DNA from: Eutreptiella sp. 'Long Island Sound 2002'
Taxonomy: Eukaryota > Protista > Euglenida
Length of the DNA: 64,000 bases
Direction: 5' to 3'
Assembly: GCA_964036045.1 (NCBI GenBank)
Contig: OZ038378.1
Location: forward strand, 183,582,001 to 183,646,000
The notes under the pieces were generated by a model. It worked only from the letters and a program-made list of their open reading frames with translations. It did no database searches and had not been told where the DNA came from. A program made the translations under genes and the position numbers. Shown here piece after piece: positions 59,683 to 64,000 of this stretch. How positions within the stretch are numbered: position 1 is the stretch's first letter; the number at the start of each line of letters is the position of its first letter.

Positions 59683-60229
59683 TGTCCACGTGGAAATCCT
59701 GTGCAAGGACTGCCGGAGGGGTGACTCCTCCTTCCGCCAGCAAAGCATCGCCGCCTTCTTGGGCAAACACAGTCCGGCCGGGGCCCCCGGTACAGCCTCA
59801 TCAACCCCCAGCTCTGGCCCCACCGGCCACGGCGCAGCGACTGCTCCGGACGACCCCCGTGTGCCCGTACCCCCGCAAGCCGCGCCACATGCGGAGGAAG
59901 GCGGCGGGGCCTCGGGCCTGGGCTCCACTGCAACCTCCAGCGGAGTAGATGAGGAGCGCGTGGAGCTGGAGCTGGAGGCTGCAGTGGCCCGGTCGGAGCA
60001 GGACTGGGCCGACGACCGGCCCTTGCCCGATGCAGATGCGGAGACCGCAGGGGCCGATCCGAGCGACGCCCCGTCGCATGCACCTTCCGAGCCGCTGCTA
60101 CTGTGCAGCCGCTGCCGGCGGCCGATGCGCGAAAAGGGGTCAGGCGCCGGGGCGGTCCGGTCGAAAGGGTGCCCGTTCCTCACGAGGCTGCAGAGCTACA
60201 AGCGTGTGGCACAAGAGAAGAGGGTTCAG
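59683..60229 (+). CDS. Tandem-HNH protein gene, exon 2 (CxxC motifs, PIP-box-like QQSIAAFL, UIM-like LEAAVARSEQD, start of domain 1)
   Basis: Acceptor TCCCCTGTGCAG|59683 (phase 2); donor CAG|GTATGC at 60230 (phase 0); open GC-rich frame ending SYKRVAQEKRVQ. Confidence 0.82.
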
Positions 60230-61028
60230 GTATGCCAGCGTAAGCCCCTCGGGTGGTGTAGGGAGGGGTCTCGTGGCTGAGTGTGGGACGGCAGTACCTG
60301 TGTTTACATTTGCATTCGTTGGACAACAAAAGCATCATTTTGGAACTTCTTGTCGGACGGGCTGCGTCCAGTCCACGCAGGACGAAATTGCTACCCGATG
60401 GACCTGCCAGGCATTGTGCCAATGTTGCTTGAGGACGCAAGGCTTCTGCATAATGGGCGACGTCTGCCAGCGACGAACACAGTAATTGCTGCCGGTTTTT
60501 TCTTCTCTTGGTGCAATTGAGCGGCATGAAGATCGCGAACGTGAGCATCCCCCCCCCCCCCCCCGCGGCGCACATGTGACCAGAAGCACCAGATGACCAA
60601 GGGGGCCCAGGTGCTCACGGCCAAGCAGCAACATCTGCAACAAGCGTGCGAGGGGGCACATGCTGCATTCCGAACTAAGCATATCGTGGAATGCAAACAA
60701 TACGTGTTGTTGAGTCGACGACAGACATTGCAAATGCATGCAACGAAATTCCAAATGCGCCACCATTAATTGAGGAAGTGTCGAGTCGTTACCGCAACGA
60801 CTCGCGGAGCGTGGTGCTTCTCTGGCGGGAGACGATCACCAGTGGTACGCGTGGACTGTCTTCAAATGATGGGGCATCTGTACACGGATTTTGGTGTACC
60901 TATTGAATTGGTCTATTCTGTTGAGATGCGCACGTGGTCTTCTGGTGTTGCCGGTCCTTGACTCTTTTAGGGGGGGGCGGGTCATCTCTCACTGATCTGT
61001 CCTGTCCGGCCATACTCTTGGCTTGCAG

Positions 61029-61193
61029 TTTGCCTTATCGGACTCTGAGGCCATCGCATTGATGCGCCGCCATTGCCTCTTTTGTGGAAGGGAGCCAGAT
61101 CCAGAACACGGCCATGGCATAACACGGCTCGGGCGCAGGAAGCCACACGACCCAAGGGGCATGGGAACGTTCAGTGTGGACAACACTGCAGCG
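61029..61193 (+). CDS. Tandem-HNH protein gene, exon 3 (domain 1 core)
   Basis: Acceptor CTTGGCTTGCAG|61029; donor GCG|GTATGG at 61194 (both phase 0). Translation FALSDSEAIALMRRHCLFCG...GITR...DNTAA. Confidence 0.85.
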
Positions 61194-61684
61194 GTATGGC
61201 CCGAACATTGCGTGCGGGGTTGAGGGTTTGGGTCGGCATCGCAACGGAGACACATTCGGATCGGGCCAAGGAGTGGGCTTTGGTACAGGACCCCCCCGCG
61301 CGCGCCAGACGTGTGGGAGTCGGGGTTGGAAGGGTTCTAGAAATCAATCCGCAGTTTGGAATAGAGCATCGGATGCAGGGGATGGCATCAAAATGAAAAC
61401 GTGTGATTGGGTATCGCGACCATTGCAAACTCCGGCCAACGGCAGCGGAATTGTGCTGAAAGCTCTCTGGAATCCGTACCCAAATCCGTCTCTACCATTT
61501 CATCTGTGCACAGTGTTGCATGCGCGCTGCTCCCGTGCGCCCCGCCCCCGGATCCCCGGAGTTCCAGATTGGCCTATGATCGCCAATGTTTGAGGGCGAA
61601 TCCCTACTTCCAGGCCTCTATCCTGCAGGAATTGTTGGTTGTCCAGGGATGCTTTGTCCAACAGGCTGCTCTGTGCTACCTCAG

Positions 61685-61768
61685 GCCTGCAGTCGCTGCA
61701 ATCTGATGAAAGGGTACCACGGCATGGATGCGTTTGTGGAGATTTGCATGCATATTGCCAACCACAAG
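61685..61768 (+). CDS. Tandem-HNH protein gene, exon 4 (end of domain 1)
   Basis: Acceptor GCTACCTCAG|61685; donor AAG|GTCTGC at 61769 (both phase 0). ACSRCNLMKGYHGMDAFVEICMHIANHK supplies the CxxCNxMK motif. Confidence 0.85.
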
Positions 61769-62415
61769 GTCTGCCTTCCTTCACACTCAACCCCCTGACC
61801 AGCAACCTAAAGTGAAGCTGCATTCAGACGTAAGGACGGAGACGTTCGGAGCCACCCAAGTGAGGCGCTTACTACCTGATGACAGCGACCTTGGAAAGAT
61901 TTTCATTCTCAATTCCTCTTGTGGGGCTGTTAAGTGCTGCTTTCTTCGTACAGCTGTACAATGTGAAGTAGACAGCTGCTCCTGGGCTGATAGACGGACT
62001 TCTTTGAAATTTCTTCCATGCATGTCACCCGTCGTTGGCCATGTTTGGACCTTGCCGCACAAATTGCAGCCCAAAGGTGGTTTTCCTTTGGCTCTTCGTG
62101 CTGAACGTCTCAATATCAGCGATCGATGTCATTGAACATCTCAATCTCAGCAGAGGGTGCATGTTTTTGCCCAAGCCACTTCTTTGGGCTGGAGGGCTGC
62201 CGGTACGCCAACCTCCACAAGGGCCTGCACTGTCGAAGTTGGGAGGCGGGAGTTGGGATGGCTCCCGAACAGGGAACCAGCGATCAAGGCGCCCTATCCC
62301 CCACGTTTCTGTTTCCTCGCCGTTGTACACACTGCAAAGCCAGGCCGTAGTCCATCATTTTTCATAGGGTCGCTCTGTGTGGTACTCCTGCATCCGCCCT
62401 TTGCATGATTTGCAG

Positions 62416-62543
62416 GGCTTGGGAACGTTCGGCTCCTTCCCCGACCGCTTTGTGAACAACACAAGTAAGCGATGTCGCAGTGCGTACCTCACGGACAGCA
62501 AGACGCATGCGTTGAGCAATGCCCAATTTGATGAAATTGTCCG
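62416..62543 (+). CDS. Tandem-HNH protein gene, exon 5 (linker and start of domain 2)
   Basis: Acceptor GATTTGCAG|62416 (phase 0); donor CG|GTATCC at 62544 (phase 2). Translation GLGTFGSFPDRF...HALSNAQFDEIV. Confidence 0.75.
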
Positions 62544-63181
62544 GTATCCCGGGAAGGCACAGGGTGGCATCTGTTGGAGTGTGCGTATGATGTACCTGCA
62601 CCTGTTGGCGTGACTCTCACTGTGCCTCTGCTTCTGTATGCTCCTCGCAGTGCACGTGCTTCTACCCGCACATGTGCCTGTGCCTGTGCATGCACATGTG
62701 CCTGTGCCTGTGCATGTACCCGTCCCACGGTTGTGCATCTGCATCTGCCTGTGCATGTGCCATTTTCCCTCCGTTGTCCGCCGCACCCGTCACCGCAGTT
62801 TCCCACATTTCCTGTTGCACTTTGCCTGATTTTGCCTCACACCCCCGGTTTCCATCTCTCGCCATCCCTTCCTCCTTCGCTCCACGTCTCCGCCCTGAGC
62901 AGTTGCTGAAGCGCAGGATGTGCCTATGGTAGACGCTTCATGAACCAGAGCTCCGGAACATTGCAGGCAGACACATTAAGAAAATAAAGCTAAAAAGTTT
63001 CGTGGGGGGCCGTGATGATTTTCCTGCTGTAGTCAATACACAACGTCAAGGTCCCGCAGGGGTGCCCGACTGGAGCCCCCGGACGTGTCGTGATGATCTT
63101 CGAAGTGGGTCATTTCATGTCGGGGGCGTTTTGCCGGCCTGGGGTACGCCCAGCATTGAAGTCCTTTCTGTTTGTGTGCAG

Positions 63182-63359
63182 GAAGTCCTGTTACTACTGT
63201 GGGAAGCAGAGCAACCCGCCGCATCACTACAATGGCCTCGATCGGCTTGACAGCACCATTCGAGTGTACACGACGGCCACGTGCGTCTCGTGCTGTGGCA
63301 CGTGCAACATGTGTAAGTACCGGTTCACTGAGGAGCAGTTCTTAGAACAGTGTATCAAG
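63182..63359 (+). CDS. Tandem-HNH protein gene, exon 6 (domain 2, HNH/His-Me finger)
   Basis: Acceptor TTTGTGTGCAG|63182 (phase 2). CYYCG...NGLDRLDS...VY...CVSCCGTCNMCK...FLEQCIK is the repeat signature of giant-virus-type HNH endonucleases. Probable donor AAG|GTTTGT at 63360; otherwise the frame stops at 63383. Confidence 0.88.
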
Positions 63360-63957
63360 GTTTGTCTGCGTGACTATAGATAGTGGCAAGGGTGCCACTG
63401 AGTTAGAACTGCAGCTTAGGATGTGTTAAATGGCTTTCATGGCAGAGGCTGGGCCGAAGGCTTAGTCTTCACCATGAGGCTGAGTTCTGGAAGTCGAATG
63501 TGGGCCCAGATTCGGTGAACAATTCCTTCGGGCTACAGATTCCCATTTGTTTGTCGAATTCGCACGAAGCCAAATCTTTTGTAATTCGGCTCAACCCTGA
63601 GGCCCGATTCAACATCCCTGGAGACACCGCGAACTTGGCACAGATGCAGTGTTTGGTACTGTCGAACGCAGCCAAGTGATGAAGACATGCAGTTTTATCC
63701 AAAGGTCATTTGGGACTCATCTTTTGCACCTTCTACCAAGCTTCCTCGGTGGGCCTCACCCAGTCTGTGACTTCCCCCTGTGGTTCGGGGTTGATTGGCT
63801 TTGGTGTTGTTGCAATGGGGCACGCTTTGTTTGACGTTGTGTGTGCCATGTTCTGCCAGTGGAACCATTATCGAGTCAGGTCCACAGCATCATCCGACAT
63901 GTGCACGTGAATGCACAACCCACACATGCTGAGGCACCGGTCCTCACTGTCCACCAG

Positions 63958-64000
63958 GTGGCCTCGTACCAGACGGCAAATAATTCCTTGCGCCAACCCG
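63958..64000 (+). CDS. Tandem-HNH protein gene, probable exon 7 (runs off the window)
   Basis: Acceptor CTCACTGTCCACCAG|63958 (phase 0); VASYQTANNSLRQP continues CIK| as the expected terminal helix. Confidence 0.5.
   Translation, partial: MASYQTANNSLRQP

Noticed and set aside
49978-64000. Euglenid-type non-conventional (non GT-AG) introns
   Set aside because: All reconstructed junctions are satisfied by canonical GT-AG with matching phases, so none is needed.

Overview
Eukaryotic nuclear DNA: GT-AG introns, satellites and DNA transposons; several repeats resemble euglenid (Eutreptiella-like) sequences I recall, which is unverified. About half the window is tandem repeat: an 85-bp palindrome-rich satellite (1-9080), a 31-bp satellite (9081-15835), a mosaic ~0.96/1.1-kb array (17536-32319) and a three-copy ~1.2-kb array (38710-42485). 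Transposons: two short hAT elements whose ORFs keep only the transposase C-terminus, a PIF/Harbinger-like element carrying a Tudor/SH3-like ORF, and degraded RNase H-bearing retroelement pieces. Three spliced genes can be reconstructed by hand: (1) a terminal exon encoding a LamG/ConA-like jellyroll domain (16547-17232); (2) the last three exons of a class I SAM-dependent methyltransferase resembling the bacterial TPR-methyltransferase family (49978-53905); (3) a gene of at least six, probably seven, exons (58942 to beyond 64000) encoding two tandem giant-virus-type HNH/His-Me finger domains behind an NLS-like, a PIP-box-like and a UIM-like motif. Gene 3 is the most interesting candidate: a possibly domesticated, PCNA/ubiquitin-targeted nuclease. 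Nearly all long ORFs in the supplied track for 1-29 kb are by-products of the repeats.
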